64,000 nt of DNA from an uncultured Candidatus Bathyarchaeia archaeon (GCA_964608455.1 CAZSNM010000005.1:4069-68068), one strand, 5' to 3'; counted from the stretch's first letter, positions 38,053-48,671 are shown. A program made the numbers and translations. The notes: a model not told the origin generated them from the letters alone.

Positions 38053-39582
38053 ATGAGTGTTGGAATAGTTGGTTATGGGGTTTATGTACCTAGACAAAGA
38101 ATTGCTACAGAAGAAATAGTTAAGGTAAGAGAAAGTAAAAGAAAAGATTTAAATGAACTTATTGAAAAAATAAGATATGGATTGCTTTTAAAAAATAAAG
38201 CAATTGCTGATTTTTCTGAAGATACTATAACAATGGCTACTGAAGCTGCTGAAAATGCTGTTTTAATGGCAGGTATAGATCCATCCATGATTGGTTCAGT
38301 AACAGTTGGGACAGAATCTAAACCATATGCTGTTGGATCCACAGCCAGACATGCAGCTTCATTTATAGGAGTAAAATCAAATGCTTATGTTGCAGATTTA
38401 GAGGGAGCTTGTAATGCTGGAATGCAAGGATTAGAAATAATTAAGGATCAAATTTTAAGCGGAGAAATAGAGTATGGTTTAGCTATTGGATCAGATGTAG
38501 CTCAAGCCCCAGAAGGTGATCCATTAGAGTATGCTTGCGGAGCTGGAGCTGCAGCGTTTATACTTGGGAAAAAGAATGTTTTAGCTACAATTAAGGATAC
38601 AGCTCCATATTCAAGCTTAACCATGGATTTTTGGAGAAGAGAAGGTTCACCTGTTCCAAAACACTTTGGAAAAACAACCGTTGAAGCATATATTATGCAT
38701 GTTGTTGGTGCGATAATTAATTTACTAAAGAAAAATCGTGATTTAACTCTTTCTAGTTTTGATCATATAACTTTTCATCAACCCTCAGGTTATATGCCAT
38801 TAAAAACATGCAAAACTCTTTTAAATCCTGCTTTACTGATTCAAGATAAAGAATTAGCTGAAAGAATTAAGTTAACTCAAGAGGATATTGAAAAAAAAGT
38901 TATGCCATGGCTTAAAGTTTTAGAAATTGGAAATACATATGCTGCTTCAACCTTAATAGGCTTAGCTTCAATATTGGATAAATCAAATCCTGGAGACAAC
39001 ATTTTAGCTGTATCATATGGGTCTGGAGCATATTCTATAGCTGCATGGATTAAAGTTGAAGAAAAAATAAAGGAAAAGGTTGGAATTGTACCAACAGTTG
39101 ATGAATATATAAATAGAAGAAAAGAAATAAACTTTCAAAAATATAAGGAAAATATTAAGGAAAGGTTGGCTCGCATTAAAAGAAGATTAAGTTACCCAAC
39201 AAGAATAATTGGAGAAATTGAACCTTTAGGAAAAGAAGTTATTGAAGCAACCCTTTGTGATGGATGTAAAAGGATTTATTATCCACCTAGGGAAAAATGT
39301 TTAGAATTTGAATGTAAAGGACCAATAATGAATAAGGTTTTCCCAAGAAGAGCCTTGCTAAAATCTTTTAGAAAGTTAACTCCTAAAGAAAAATTTACCT
39401 TAAACTATAGTATAATTAGAGATGGAAAAATCATTTTAGTGGATTGTGATTTAGAGGAATTAAAAGAAAACATGGAGTTAGAGTTAGTAATTAGAAGATT
39501 AGATTATGAAGGGGGGGATGGTTTAATAATTTATGGACCAACCTATAGACCGGCTTTTAGACGATTAACTTATCCATATTAA
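38053..39582 (+). CDS. HMG-CoA synthase-like protein fused to a DUF35 (Zn-ribbon/OB) domain
   Basis: EDTITMATEAA, GTESKPY, EGACNAG, FHQPSG, IGNTY, SYGSGA; C-terminal CDGC.RIYYPPR..C, ELVIRRL...IIYG. Confidence 0.8.
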   Translation: MSVGIVGYGVYVPRQRIATEEIVKVRESKRKDLNELIEKIRYGLLLKNKAIADFSEDTITMATEAAENAVLMAGIDPSMIGSVTVGTESKPYAVGSTARHAASFIGVKSNAYVADLEGACNAGMQGLEIIKDQILSGEIEYGLAIGSDVAQAPEGDPLEYACGAGAAAFILGKKNVLATIKDTAPYSSLTMDFWRREGSPVPKHFGKTTVEAYIMHVVGAIINLLKKNRDLTLSSFDHITFHQPSGYMPLKTCKTLLNPALLIQDKELAERIKLTQEDIEKKVMPWLKVLEIGNTYAASTLIGLASILDKSNPGDNILAVSYGSGAYSIAAWIKVEEKIKEKVGIVPTVDEYINRRKEINFQKYKENIKERLARIKRRLSYPTRIIGEIEPLGKEVIEATLCDGCKRIYYPPREKCLEFECKGPIMNKVFPRRALLKSFRKLTPKEKFTLNYSIIRDGKIILVDCDLEELKENMELELVIRRLDYEGGDGLIIYGPTYRPAFRRLTYPY

Positions 39583-39620
39583 TTCTCTAATAAACGTTAA
39601 GATTAAATAATAAATAAACT

Positions 39621-40580
39621 TTATAATAAAGGTTTTTTAATTGTTAATTCATTAACGCATTCTCCAAAAGCTAAAATTTGATATTCATTTTCTTTTATTG
39701 GGAAACCAAAAAAATATTGCAAATTAAGCTTCATTAAATCTTTTATTTTTTCTTTAACTTCTTTATGCTCTCCATAAATTGTTAAATCTGCTACAGCATT
39801 AACTAAAAAAGTGCCAAGCTTGCTTGATAAAAGTTTTGGAGATAAAGGCTTTTTTTCTTGAACAATCTCTTTTAACATCGTAAGGCTTGGTTCATATCCT
39901 AAAGCTTTAAGCTCTTTTTGAACCCATCTTCTTCTAAGAATGTAACCCGCTAACCTAACTAAAATGTCATGAAGCAACCTTGGATAATTTTTTGAAATTA
40001 AATATGGAGCATAAAGTGCAGTTTTAATGGTTTTATCAACATCTTTTATATACTCTAAGTTGCTTTTGAACTCTCTATCTAAAATAAGCATTGGTATTAA
40101 TTCGTATTCTGCAGCTAATTGAGCGGCAGTTTTAATTAAACCTTCAGCTCCAATAAAAACTAGTATTTTAGGATAGTTTTTCTTAATAAATTTGATAGTT
40201 TCAATTAAAGCTTTTGATAGATTACGATTAATTTCACTAGAAGTTAAGTAAACTTTGTTTCCAGCCACAATATTTACTCCAATGATTTTATTTAAGTTTT
40301 CTGCAACTGCTAAAGTTTGATGTAAAATTTTAAGGATATTTCTATGCCTAGCTGTAAAGGTTAATATAGTTAAAACTTTAGAGTAAGAAAGAAGTTTTTC
40401 AACTTCATAACTCATTAAATAATACCATTTCCATTCTGAATCAATTAAATGAGTTGAAAGCCCTGCTTTATTACAAAGCTCAGCTACATTTAGACATCTT
40501 AAAAGCCTTTCTCCAGAGGAGGGACCAAAACGTGAAAGCTTGGTTGCTTTACCGAAAAAATAATTCAAAACATTTTTCAC
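39621..40580 (-). CDS. Hypothetical protein, possibly divergent luciferase-like (Mer/LLM) TIM barrel
   Basis: Weak pattern only (VFIGAEG..TAQLAAEY; C-terminal LTIYGEHKEVKEKIKDL). Confidence 0.4.
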   Translation of the reverse strand: MKNVLNYFFGKATKLSRFGPSSGERLLRCLNVAELCNKAGLSTHLIDSEWKWYYLMSYEVEKLLSYSKVLTILTFTARHRNILKILHQTLAVAENLNKIIGVNIVAGNKVYLTSSEINRNLSKALIETIKFIKKNYPKILVFIGAEGLIKTAAQLAAEYELIPMLILDREFKSNLEYIKDVDKTIKTALYAPYLISKNYPRLLHDILVRLAGYILRRRWVQKELKALGYEPSLTMLKEIVQEKKPLSPKLLSSKLGTFLVNAVADLTIYGEHKEVKEKIKDLMKLNLQYFFGFPIKENEYQILAFGECVNELTIKKPLL

Positions 40581-40696
40581 CTAGCAACTTTTTTTAAAAA
40601 AATTAATTAAAAACATTTTTAAGGAATACCAATCTTTTTTAATTAAACGTAATGTTATATAACTGTAAAATAATATAAAAGGCTTGAGGGATAAAA

Positions 40697-40900
40697 ATGA
40701 GCTTTGAATTAGAAAAATTTTCTGAAAAAGAAATTGAGGAACTTTTTTATCCTCCTAAAAAAACATTATTAACAAAAGTTTTGGAAAGAATAGAAAGTGT
40801 TATTCAAGCTTATCCAGTTCATACATTAGGTTTAGCTTTTGCAATAGGAGTTTTAATTGGAGCAACGATGGCAAACTTTAATTCTAAAGAAAAGAGCTAG
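40697..40900 (+). CDS. Small tail-anchored protein resembling the ElaB/YqjD/DUF883 C-terminus
   Basis: IQAYPVHTLGLAFAIGVLIG; GAGGGA SD. Confidence 0.55.
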   Translation: MSFELEKFSEKEIEELFYPPKKTLLTKVLERIESVIQAYPVHTLGLAFAIGVLIGATMANFNSKEKS

Positions 40901-41995
40901 CCTTATTTTTATGCTTAACTTTTTCTTGCTTATAACTCTTTTTAACCTTTTCGATATACTGTTGAAAGTTAAAGTTAAATCCCATCCTGATTCCTTAAAA
41001 GAAATTAATTTTCTGCTTGTATTTATATTTACGTCAACTTCATACAATCCTTTCTTTAATGTTTTAATGTTAGCTTTAGCCTCTATTAAATCTGGGTAAA
41101 CTTTAGCTATATTGCTGACACTTTTAGTAAACTTAATTTTAATTAATTCGCTGCTTAAAAAATCATTTGGTAAACCAATTATATAAACTGGAAAATTCAT
41201 GGTGTTTTCGCTGCTTTCATAAAATAACTTCATATAATCCCTAAAGGTTACAATGCCTTGAGGTTCACTCCATAAAGTTATTAATGCATAATCTAATTTT
41301 TGAGTAAACATTTTTTCTAAAGTTAAATGAGCATCTTCATTAAATTCTACAGTAAATGCTTCTTCCATCAAGCTTTCAATTGGGATGCTAGATCGTTTTA
41401 AGGTTTCTTTCATCAATTCTCCTCTTTTAGAAGCTTCCATTAAAAATAAATGAAAAACTATTTGAGTGGATCTTATTATACCAGCTAATTTATTTGAGTC
41501 TAAGATAGGTAAATGATCAATATCATTTTTCACCATTAAATTTTTAGCTTTCATTATTGAGGCATTTCTTTGAATAAAAGTAAGGTTTAAATTAGCTAAT
41601 TTGTTTATAGGTAAACTCCATGCTTTCTTTAAGCTTGCTTCAAGAATAGAGGAAGCTTTCACAACTTTAGTTAATTTATTACCGTCAAAAATTGGTAAAG
41701 CTTTAATGCGGTATTCATCCATAAGCCTAACAGCTTCATTTACTTTAATTTCTGAGGAAACTTTAGGGATGGAAGAAGCTATAGAAGAAACTTTGCTATT
41801 TACATTAGTTGATTTTAAAATTTCTCGAATAGAAACAACATTAACTTTATTTTCCTTTAATATAAATGCTTCATAAGCATTTTCTTCTTTTAAAATTCCA
41901 ATAACCTTTAGAATGGGTAAATTTGAGGATATTATTAAGGGTGGTTCTCCAAACGCTTCAACTTTCATTTGTTTAATTTCATTTAATGTTTCCAT
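40853..41995 (-). CDS. Four-CBS-domain protein with C-terminal HPF/RaiA-like domain (candidate archaeal ribosome hibernation factor)
   Basis: CBS repeats (EAVRLM..IKALPI; KAKNLM..IDHLPI); C-terminal VYIIGLP...YEVDVNI...ESGWDL. Confidence 0.65.
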   Translation of the reverse strand: METLNEIKQMKVEAFGEPPLIISSNLPILKVIGILKEENAYEAFILKENKVNVVSIREILKSTNVNSKVSSIASSIPKVSSEIKVNEAVRLMDEYRIKALPIFDGNKLTKVVKASSILEASLKKAWSLPINKLANLNLTFIQRNASIMKAKNLMVKNDIDHLPILDSNKLAGIIRSTQIVFHLFLMEASKRGELMKETLKRSSIPIESLMEEAFTVEFNEDAHLTLEKMFTQKLDYALITLWSEPQGIVTFRDYMKLFYESSENTMNFPVYIIGLPNDFLSSELIKIKFTKSVSNIAKVYPDLIEAKANIKTLKKGLYEVDVNINTSRKLISFKESGWDLTLTFNSISKRLKRVISKKKLSIKIRLALFFRIKVCHRCSN

Positions 41996-42083
41996 AGAAT
42001 TCTTCCTTGAAATTAATATTTAATTTTTAAAAGTTAATAAGCTTTAAGCTTTGTTAAGCTTTTGAAAAAAGAGGAGGAAAAAA

Positions 42084-42629
42084 TTGAGGGAAGAAGTTGT
42101 TTCTTCAAAAGTAATTTATGAGGGAAAAATATTGAAGATTAAGCTTGATGAAGTAAAACTACCAAATGGTTATGTTACAGTTAGAGAGATTGTTGAGCAT
42201 CCAAATGCAGTAGCTTTAATTCCTATAGATAATGATGGAAAAATTATTATGATAAATCAATATAGGCATTCTGCTCAAGAAGTTTTATTGGAAATTCCAG
42301 CAGGAACAATGGAAAAAAATGAAGCGCCTGAAGAATGCGCTAAAAGAGAACTTCTTGAAGAAACTGGTTATGAAGCGAAAAAATTAAAAAAAATATTTAG
42401 TTGTTATTTGGCACCAGGTTATAGTACAGAATTTCTTCATGTTTTTTTAGCTACAGACCTTGTATATAAAGGGCAAAAAACAGAGGCTGATGAACAAATA
42501 AAAGTTGTTAAATTAAGCTTAAGGGAAGTGTTTGAAAAAATCAAGAAAAATGAAGTTAAAGATGCTAAAACTATATGCAGCATTCTTTTCTTTATTTATT
42601 TTCATAATAAAAATAAAATAAACCTTTAG
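42084..42629 (+). CDS. NUDIX hydrolase (ADP-ribose pyrophosphatase-like)
   Basis: REIVEHP, QYR, EIPAG...CAKRELLEETG Nudix box. Confidence 0.9.
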   Translation: MREEVVSSKVIYEGKILKIKLDEVKLPNGYVTVREIVEHPNAVALIPIDNDGKIIMINQYRHSAQEVLLEIPAGTMEKNEAPEECAKRELLEETGYEAKKLKKIFSCYLAPGYSTEFLHVFLATDLVYKGQKTEADEQIKVVKLSLREVFEKIKKNEVKDAKTICSILFFIYFHNKNKINL

Positions 42630-42676
42630 GCTTATAAAGCTTTAAAAACATATTTCTTTTAGAGGTATGATTAAAA

Positions 42677-42913
42677 ATGGTTTTAGCGTATGTATTAATT
42701 AATTCTGAAATAGGCAAGGAAAACGAACTTCTTAAAGCATTAAAAAATATTGATGGAGTTAAAGAAGTTTTCAGTGTTTATGGCGTTTATGATATAATAG
42801 CTAAGGTTGAAGGAAAAACAGTAAATGAATTAAAAGAAGTTGTTATTGCAAAAATTAGACAGTTAAATTATGTAAGGAGTACCTTAACAATGATAGTTAT
42901 GGAGAATATGTAG
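42677..42913 (+). CDS. Stand-alone Lrp/AsnC ligand-binding domain protein
   Basis: AYVLIN, VYGVYDIIAK, STLTMIV. Confidence 0.88.
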   Translation: MVLAYVLINSEIGKENELLKALKNIDGVKEVFSVYGVYDIIAKVEGKTVNELKEVVIAKIRQLNYVRSTLTMIVMENM

Positions 42914-42917
42914 GCAA

Positions 42918-43328
42918 ATGAAAGTTAAAATTAAAGAGATTAAAGTAGAAACAAATGAAAGAATTCAATTAATTGATGTTACAAATCAAGTAGAGGAATT
43001 CATAAAAGAAAGCGAAATAAAAAATGGGTTATGCTTAATTTCTTCTCTTCATTCAACGACAGCCATAATTATAAATGAAAATGAGAGCGGATTAATTCAA
43101 GATATACTTTATGAAGTTCAAAAAGTTTTTCCTAAAGATGAAAAATGGCTTCATAACAGAATAGATGATAATGCAGATTCTCATTTAGCTTCAGCTTTTA
43201 TTGGTTCATCAAAAACTTTCCCTATAAAAGATGGAAAAATAATTAGAGGGACTTGGCAAAACATTTTTCTTTTAGAATTAGATGGACCGCGCATAAGAAG
43301 AATTATTCTTGAAGCTTTAGGAGAATAA
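42918..43328 (+). CDS. YjbQ/UPF0047 family protein
   Basis: HSTTAIIINENE, DNADSHL, GTWQNIFLLELDGPR. Confidence 0.92.
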   Translation: MKVKIKEIKVETNERIQLIDVTNQVEEFIKESEIKNGLCLISSLHSTTAIIINENESGLIQDILYEVQKVFPKDEKWLHNRIDDNADSHLASAFIGSSKTFPIKDGKIIRGTWQNIFLLELDGPRIRRIILEALGE

Positions 43329-43342
43329 ACCTAGGATAAATA

Positions 43343-44386
43343 ATGAAACTTAAATTAAAAGTGGAAAATTACAATATAGATTTAACCTTTAAACCTTCAT
43401 TTCTTTCTAGTCTTTATTTAACGAGGAAACCTAAGGAATGGAATAAAATAGCAGGTCATTTAGCTTTTAAACTCAACTTTAAACAAGTGAATAATGCTTT
43501 AATTGTTGAAAGTGAAGGTGGATTAACACTAGAAGCATTGCATAGAAGAGTTTTGCTTGAAACTGGTCTTTATAAAGAGCCTTATGAATATTTAATTCAA
43601 GATTTACCAAGCAAAGTTAAACCCCAAGTTGAAGCTTTAGCTAAAACATATAAAGGTGTAAGATTGCCTTATGCACCCTTAGATTTTAAATATATTTTGG
43701 TTGCTGCAACCCTTTCTAAAAGAGTTAATTATGAAAGAGTGATAAATTGGTGTAGAAGCATATGGGAAAAAACAAATGGAAGATTAGATTTAACAATTAA
43801 GTTAACTAAAAATGAATTAAAAGAAATTGGAGAAAGCTATCAAATTTTTCAGCTTCAAAAAACAATTAAAGATTTTTTAACTTTATCCAATCATTTGCAT
43901 GAAAAAGTTAAATATTTAATAGGTGAACCTTATGTTCCACCTGAAGAATATATTCTTTGGTTACCTCCTGAATTAGCTAGATTAACGCTAATAAAAGGTT
44001 GCTGGGGGATAGGCCCTAAAACAGCAGATTCAATTATATTAACAACATTTAAATCCACAAATATTATTCCATGTGATACACATATGAAGACTGTGGCTAT
44101 TAGGCTTAATTTAGTGGATAAAGCAGTTATGCCTGAAAAACATTTTTGTTCAAGATTTGTATGCGATCATAAAGCTTCTTCAACATTTCAAATTCCATTA
44201 TGCCCTCAAGCTGAAAAAAACTTATGCTTAAAAGCTAAATTAAGCTATTTTAAAGATTTAGGAGGATGGATTCAAACTTTAATTTATCTTCATGGAAAAA
44301 ACTTTTGTAAGCTTAATAAACCTTTATGTTGGATTTGTCCAATTAAAAAAGAATGTAATTGGGAAGAAAAAATAATAAAAAAATGA
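43343..44386 (+). CDS. HhH-GPD DNA glycosylase-family protein with Fe-S cluster
   Basis: GIGPKTAD, IPCDTH, C-terminal CKLNKPLCWICPIKKEC. Confidence 0.75.
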   Translation: MKLKLKVENYNIDLTFKPSFLSSLYLTRKPKEWNKIAGHLAFKLNFKQVNNALIVESEGGLTLEALHRRVLLETGLYKEPYEYLIQDLPSKVKPQVEALAKTYKGVRLPYAPLDFKYILVAATLSKRVNYERVINWCRSIWEKTNGRLDLTIKLTKNELKEIGESYQIFQLQKTIKDFLTLSNHLHEKVKYLIGEPYVPPEEYILWLPPELARLTLIKGCWGIGPKTADSIILTTFKSTNIIPCDTHMKTVAIRLNLVDKAVMPEKHFCSRFVCDHKASSTFQIPLCPQAEKNLCLKAKLSYFKDLGGWIQTLIYLHGKNFCKLNKPLCWICPIKKECNWEEKIIKK

Positions 44387-44388
44387 GT

Positions 44389-46341
44389 TTAAATATAGGT
44401 TGTTTCAATTATTTTTCTTAATTCTTCAACAGATTCAGGATTCATTAATGTGGTGATGTCTCCTACAGGCTCTTTTGTAATCAACTTCTTTATTATTCGC
44501 CTCATTATTTTTCCGCTTCGAGTCTTAGGCAGATCTGAAACATAAATAATTTTTTTAGGTCTAGCTGTTGGACCTATAATATGCTCTACTTGCTTTATCA
44601 ATTGATTAGTTAACTCTTCTGAAGGTGTATATCCCTTCTCTAAAACAACAAAGGCTATAGGTACTTCACCTTTAATTGGATCTGGAGCAGCCACTACAGC
44701 GCTTTCTATAACAGCTTCATGCCTATTTAAAGCATCCTCTACCTCTGCATTAGCTAATCTATGTCCAGCCACTTTCATAACATCATCTACTCTACCAGTT
44801 ATTCTAGTGTTTCCCATTTCATCTATGATTTTAGCTCCATCACCAGTTGTATAGTAGTTTTCTCCAAATCTACTCCAATATTGTTCCTTATATCTTTTAG
44901 GATCCTTAAATATTCCTCTAAGCATTCCAGGTGGAAATGGATTGCATATAACTAGGTTTCCTTCTTTGCTAGGTTTACCTTCATCATCAAGAATTTCTCT
45001 TTTAACACCTGGGAAAGGTCTTCCAGCAACCGTAGGTATAAATGGGCCTATACCCGGTAAAGCATTTATTAATGTTCCTCCAGTTTCAGTTTGCCACCAA
45101 GTATCAATTATTGGGCATCTTCCACCACCAATATTATTGAAATACCACATCCAAGCGTCTCTATCAATTGGCTCACCAACAGTACCTAATATTCTTAAAC
45201 TTGATAAATCATGTTTTTTAACCCATTCTTCACCAAACATCATAAACATTCTAATTGCTGTTGGAGCTGTATAAAATATTGTTACACCATATTTTTCTAT
45301 TATTTGCCAGAATCTATCTGGTGCTGGATAATCTGGAGCTCCCTCATAAGTCACCATTGTTGCTCCACATAGCAATGGACCATAGCAAGCATATGTATGC
45401 CCTGTTATCCATCCAATATCAGCTGTACACCATAGAATGTCTTCATCATGCAAATCAAAATCCCATTTAGTTGTCCAATAAGCTTGAGTAGCATATCCTC
45501 CCGTATGGTGAACTACACCCTTAGGTTTACCTGTTGTTCCACTAGTATATAGAATAAATGATGGATCCTCACTGTCCATAACTTCAGGTTCACAGTATGA
45601 ATCTGCTTTTTCCATTAATTCATGCCACCAAAAGTCTCTTCCAGCTTTCATTTCAACATTTAATCCAGCTCTTTTAACAACAATAACTTTCTCTACAGCT
45701 GTTTCTTTGATTCCTTCATCAGCATTAGCTTTAAGGTTTATAATTTTTCCTCTGCGGTAGTATCCATCAGCTGTAATTAAAACTTTTGCTTCAGCATCTA
45801 TTAATCTGCTTTTTAAAGATTCTGGACTAAAAGCAGAGAAAACTACACTGTGAACAGCTCCTATTCGAGTACAAGCTAACATAGCTATTTGAACTTCAGG
45901 AACTATAGGCATATAAATTCCAACTCTATCACCTTTTTTCACACCAAGATTCTTAAGTACATTAGCAAATTTGTTAACTTCCCTGTAAAGATCATTATAT
46001 GTTAAAACTCTGTTTCTTTCCTCAGGCGGTTCAGGTTCCCAAATTATAGCAGCTTTATTTTTTCTCCAAGTTTTAACATGTCTATCTACAGCATTATAAC
46101 AAATATTTAGTTTACCGCCAATAAACCATTTAAAGTATGGTGGATTCCATTCATAGATTTTATCCCATTCTTTAAACCATTCTAAACCTTCACGAGCTCT
46201 TTCAGCCCAAAAAGCTAATGGATCTTTATTGGCTTTTTCATAAATTGATTCATCAGATAGCCAAGCTATTTTTTTAAGTTCAGGTGATGGCCAAAATATT
46301 TCTCCTTCTCCCTTAACAACCCAGTTTTTTCCTTTTTGCAA
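44389..46341 (-). CDS. acs: Acetyl-CoA synthetase (AMP-forming)
   Basis: [37 protein letters not shown]. Confidence 0.95.
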   Translation of the reverse strand: MQKGKNWVVKGEGEIFWPSPELKKIAWLSDESIYEKANKDPLAFWAERAREGLEWFKEWDKIYEWNPPYFKWFIGGKLNICYNAVDRHVKTWRKNKAAIIWEPEPPEERNRVLTYNDLYREVNKFANVLKNLGVKKGDRVGIYMPIVPEVQIAMLACTRIGAVHSVVFSAFSPESLKSRLIDAEAKVLITADGYYRRGKIINLKANADEGIKETAVEKVIVVKRAGLNVEMKAGRDFWWHELMEKADSYCEPEVMDSEDPSFILYTSGTTGKPKGVVHHTGGYATQAYWTTKWDFDLHDEDILWCTADIGWITGHTYACYGPLLCGATMVTYEGAPDYPAPDRFWQIIEKYGVTIFYTAPTAIRMFMMFGEEWVKKHDLSSLRILGTVGEPIDRDAWMWYFNNIGGGRCPIIDTWWQTETGGTLINALPGIGPFIPTVAGRPFPGVKREILDDEGKPSKEGNLVICNPFPPGMLRGIFKDPKRYKEQYWSRFGENYYTTGDGAKIIDEMGNTRITGRVDDVMKVAGHRLANAEVEDALNRHEAVIESAVVAAPDPIKGEVPIAFVVLEKGYTPSEELTNQLIKQVEHIIGPTARPKKIIYVSDLPKTRSGKIMRRIIKKLITKEPVGDITTLMNPESVEELRKIIETTYI

Positions 46342-46451
46342 TATTATTCACATCTCCTTCATTTTTTAAAAAGAATTAAAAACTTAATTCAGCTTTGAAA
46401 AGAGAACTTTTAAATCTTTCTTTTTTCATCTCATTAAAGATGATGAAGTCT

Positions 46452-47009
46452 TTAAATTTTAATTATTTCCTTAACAGTTTCTTCATAAACTTTTAGGTCT
46501 TCTTCCTTAAATAAAACTATTCTAACTTCCTTTAAATGTGAGGATTCCTTTTCTAAGAAATCTTTTATGGCTTTAAGCGCTACTTTACTAGCTTTTTCTA
46601 TTGGATAACCATAGGCACCCGTGCTTATAGAGGGGAAAGCTATTGTTTTTAAACCTTTTTCAACAGCTAATTTTAAAGAGTTTTTATAAGCTTCAGCTAA
46701 AAGTTCAGGTTCCCCTTCATTTCCACCTCTCCATATTGGTCCAACCGTATGAATTACATACTTAGCTTTTAAGTTTCCTCCAGAAGTTATTACAGCTTTA
46801 CCTGTTGGTAACCCATTTGGATATAAAGTAGCTCTAATTTTTTTGCATTCCTCCAAAATTTTTGGACCGCCCTTTCTATGAATTGCACCATCAACACCTC
46901 CACCACCCATTAAACTTGGATTTGCAGCATTAACTATCGCATCAACTTCCTGCTCTGTTAAATCTCCCTGGATAATTCTTAAGGTTGTATTCCCAATTTT
47001 TAATTCCAT
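46452..47009 (-). CDS. Macro-domain protein (O-acetyl-ADP-ribose deacetylase-like)
   Basis: GDLT, IVNAANPSLMGGGGVDGAIH, IHTVGP, FPSISTGAYGYP. Confidence 0.93.
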   Translation of the reverse strand: MELKIGNTTLRIIQGDLTEQEVDAIVNAANPSLMGGGGVDGAIHRKGGPKILEECKKIRATLYPNGLPTGKAVITSGGNLKAKYVIHTVGPIWRGGNEGEPELLAEAYKNSLKLAVEKGLKTIAFPSISTGAYGYPIEKASKVALKAIKDFLEKESSHLKEVRIVLFKEEDLKVYEETVKEIIKI

Positions 47010-47144
47010 CTTTTTTCATCTCATAATAACTTTAACGTGAGAAATCCTTTATTAATACTTTATGGTATTATATGAGTTTTTATCCATATATGGGTTTAAA
47101 CTTATATATAACTACTTAAAATTTTTTCCTGAGGTGAAAGAAAA

Positions 47145-47675
47145 ATGAGGAAAAACTTAACCATTTATCTAAGTTTATCAACGGTTTTCGCAGGTTTGGT
47201 AGCAGTTTCAACAATGATTATTAGGATTCCAGTTGCAGCTACTGGAGGCTATATAAACATTGGGGATGCCATGATATTTATTTGCGCTTTAACTTTTGGT
47301 TCAATTATTGGTGGATTAGCTGGAGGAATTGGATCAGCAATAGCAGATATGATCGGCTATCCTGCTTACGCACCTTTTACGCTTATTATAAAAGGGTTAG
47401 AAGGTTTTTCAGCAGGTTTTATTAAAGATGGAAAAAATATTAAAAGGGATTTACTTGCATGGGGAACAGGTTCTTCAATAATGGTTATAGGCTATTTTAT
47501 TGTTGAAAGCTATATTATGAAGCTTGGTGTAGCAGCTGCTTTAGTAGAAGTGCCAGGAAATCTGTTTCAGGTATTTTTTGGAGGGTTAGTTGGCATACCA
47601 GTAACTAAAATTTTGAGGAAAAGATTAGCAAATATTTCTACTTTAAAACCCTTTCTTGAAAGGTTTTCTTCTTAA
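47145..47675 (+). CDS. ECF transporter S component
   Basis: GYINIGD, GSAIAD, APFTLIIKGLEG, GNLFQ. Confidence 0.88.
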   Translation: MRKNLTIYLSLSTVFAGLVAVSTMIIRIPVAATGGYINIGDAMIFICALTFGSIIGGLAGGIGSAIADMIGYPAYAPFTLIIKGLEGFSAGFIKDGKNIKRDLLAWGTGSSIMVIGYFIVESYIMKLGVAAALVEVPGNLFQVFFGGLVGIPVTKILRKRLANISTLKPFLERFSS

Positions 47676-48671
47676 AGCTTTCCATAACTCATCTGTTTTG
47701 GGCATAAATATTTTCTTAATTCTTCCATTCTTAGTTATAATATATTTTTCTTTAGGATTAGGAAGTGTTTCACCAATTATTGAAGCATTTATACCAACAT
47801 CTTTAAGTTTAGTTACAATGCCTTCAGCTTTGGTTGGTTCAGCAACTATAAGCAACGATCCTGAACTAATTAATTGAAGAGGATCAATTTTAAATAAATT
47901 GCATATAACAATTGTTTCTTTATTAACAGGTATTTTATCTTCATAAATTTTAACACCTAAATTTGCAGCTGCAATTAATTCATATAAACCTCCTAAAATC
48001 CCCCCTTCAGTTGGATCATGCATTGCTTGCACACCTCCAAAGCTAAAGGCTGTTAAAGCTTCCTTTACTACACTAACTAAATTTATATAATTTTTTGCTT
48101 TTTCCACAGTTTTTCTTCCAAGAATTTTAGTAAGCTCTTTTTCTTTTTCAATAGCTAAAATCGCTGTTCCTTCTATTCCAGCTCCTTTAGTTAAAATTAT
48201 TTTTCCTCCAGGTTTTGCTTTACTACATGTAACATATTTTCCTTCTTCAACTTTTCCAGCACAAAACCCGACAACAATTGGACGGTTTAAGCCTGGGGAA
48301 ACTTCAGTATGTCCACCTATAATAGCTATTTCAAGTTTTTTAGAGGCTAAATCCATTTGTTTGCATATTGTTTTTAAAACATTTAATTTAGAATTTTTAG
48401 GAAGTAAAATGCATGAAAGAAACCAACTGGGTTTGACTCCTCGAGTAGCTACATCATTCGCTGAAATATTAACAGCTAACCAACCAACATTTTTTATTGA
48501 ACCGCTTATTGGATCGCAAGAAGCGGCAATTAATTCTTCTCCAATTTTTATTAAAGCGGCGTCCTCGCCTTTAGAAGGTCCCAAAATTACATCAGATCTT
48601 TTAAAGCCAAGATGCTTAAATACTATTTTTTCTAAAAGTTTTGGATGAAGCTTGCCATATGGAAAACTCAA
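47643..48671 (-). CDS. AIR synthase/HypE-related protein
   Basis: GEDAA, DPI, ANDVA, GGHTEV, MHDPTEGG, LISSGSL. Confidence 0.85.
   Translation of the reverse strand: MSFPYGKLHPKLLEKIVFKHLGFKRSDVILGPSKGEDAALIKIGEELIAASCDPISGSIKNVGWLAVNISANDVATRGVKPSWFLSCILLPKNSKLNVLKTICKQMDLASKKLEIAIIGGHTEVSPGLNRPIVVGFCAGKVEEGKYVTCSKAKPGGKIILTKGAGIEGTAILAIEKEKELTKILGRKTVEKAKNYINLVSVVKEALTAFSFGGVQAMHDPTEGGILGGLYELIAAANLGVKIYEDKIPVNKETIVICNLFKIDPLQLISSGSLLIVAEPTKAEGIVTKLKDVGINASIIGETLPNPKEKYIITKNGRIKKIFMPKTDELWKALRRKPFKKGF

Noticed and set aside
46425..46451. ATGATGA (box C-like) between acs and the macro-domain gene
   Set aside because: No suitably placed CTGA box D; too little space for a C/D guide
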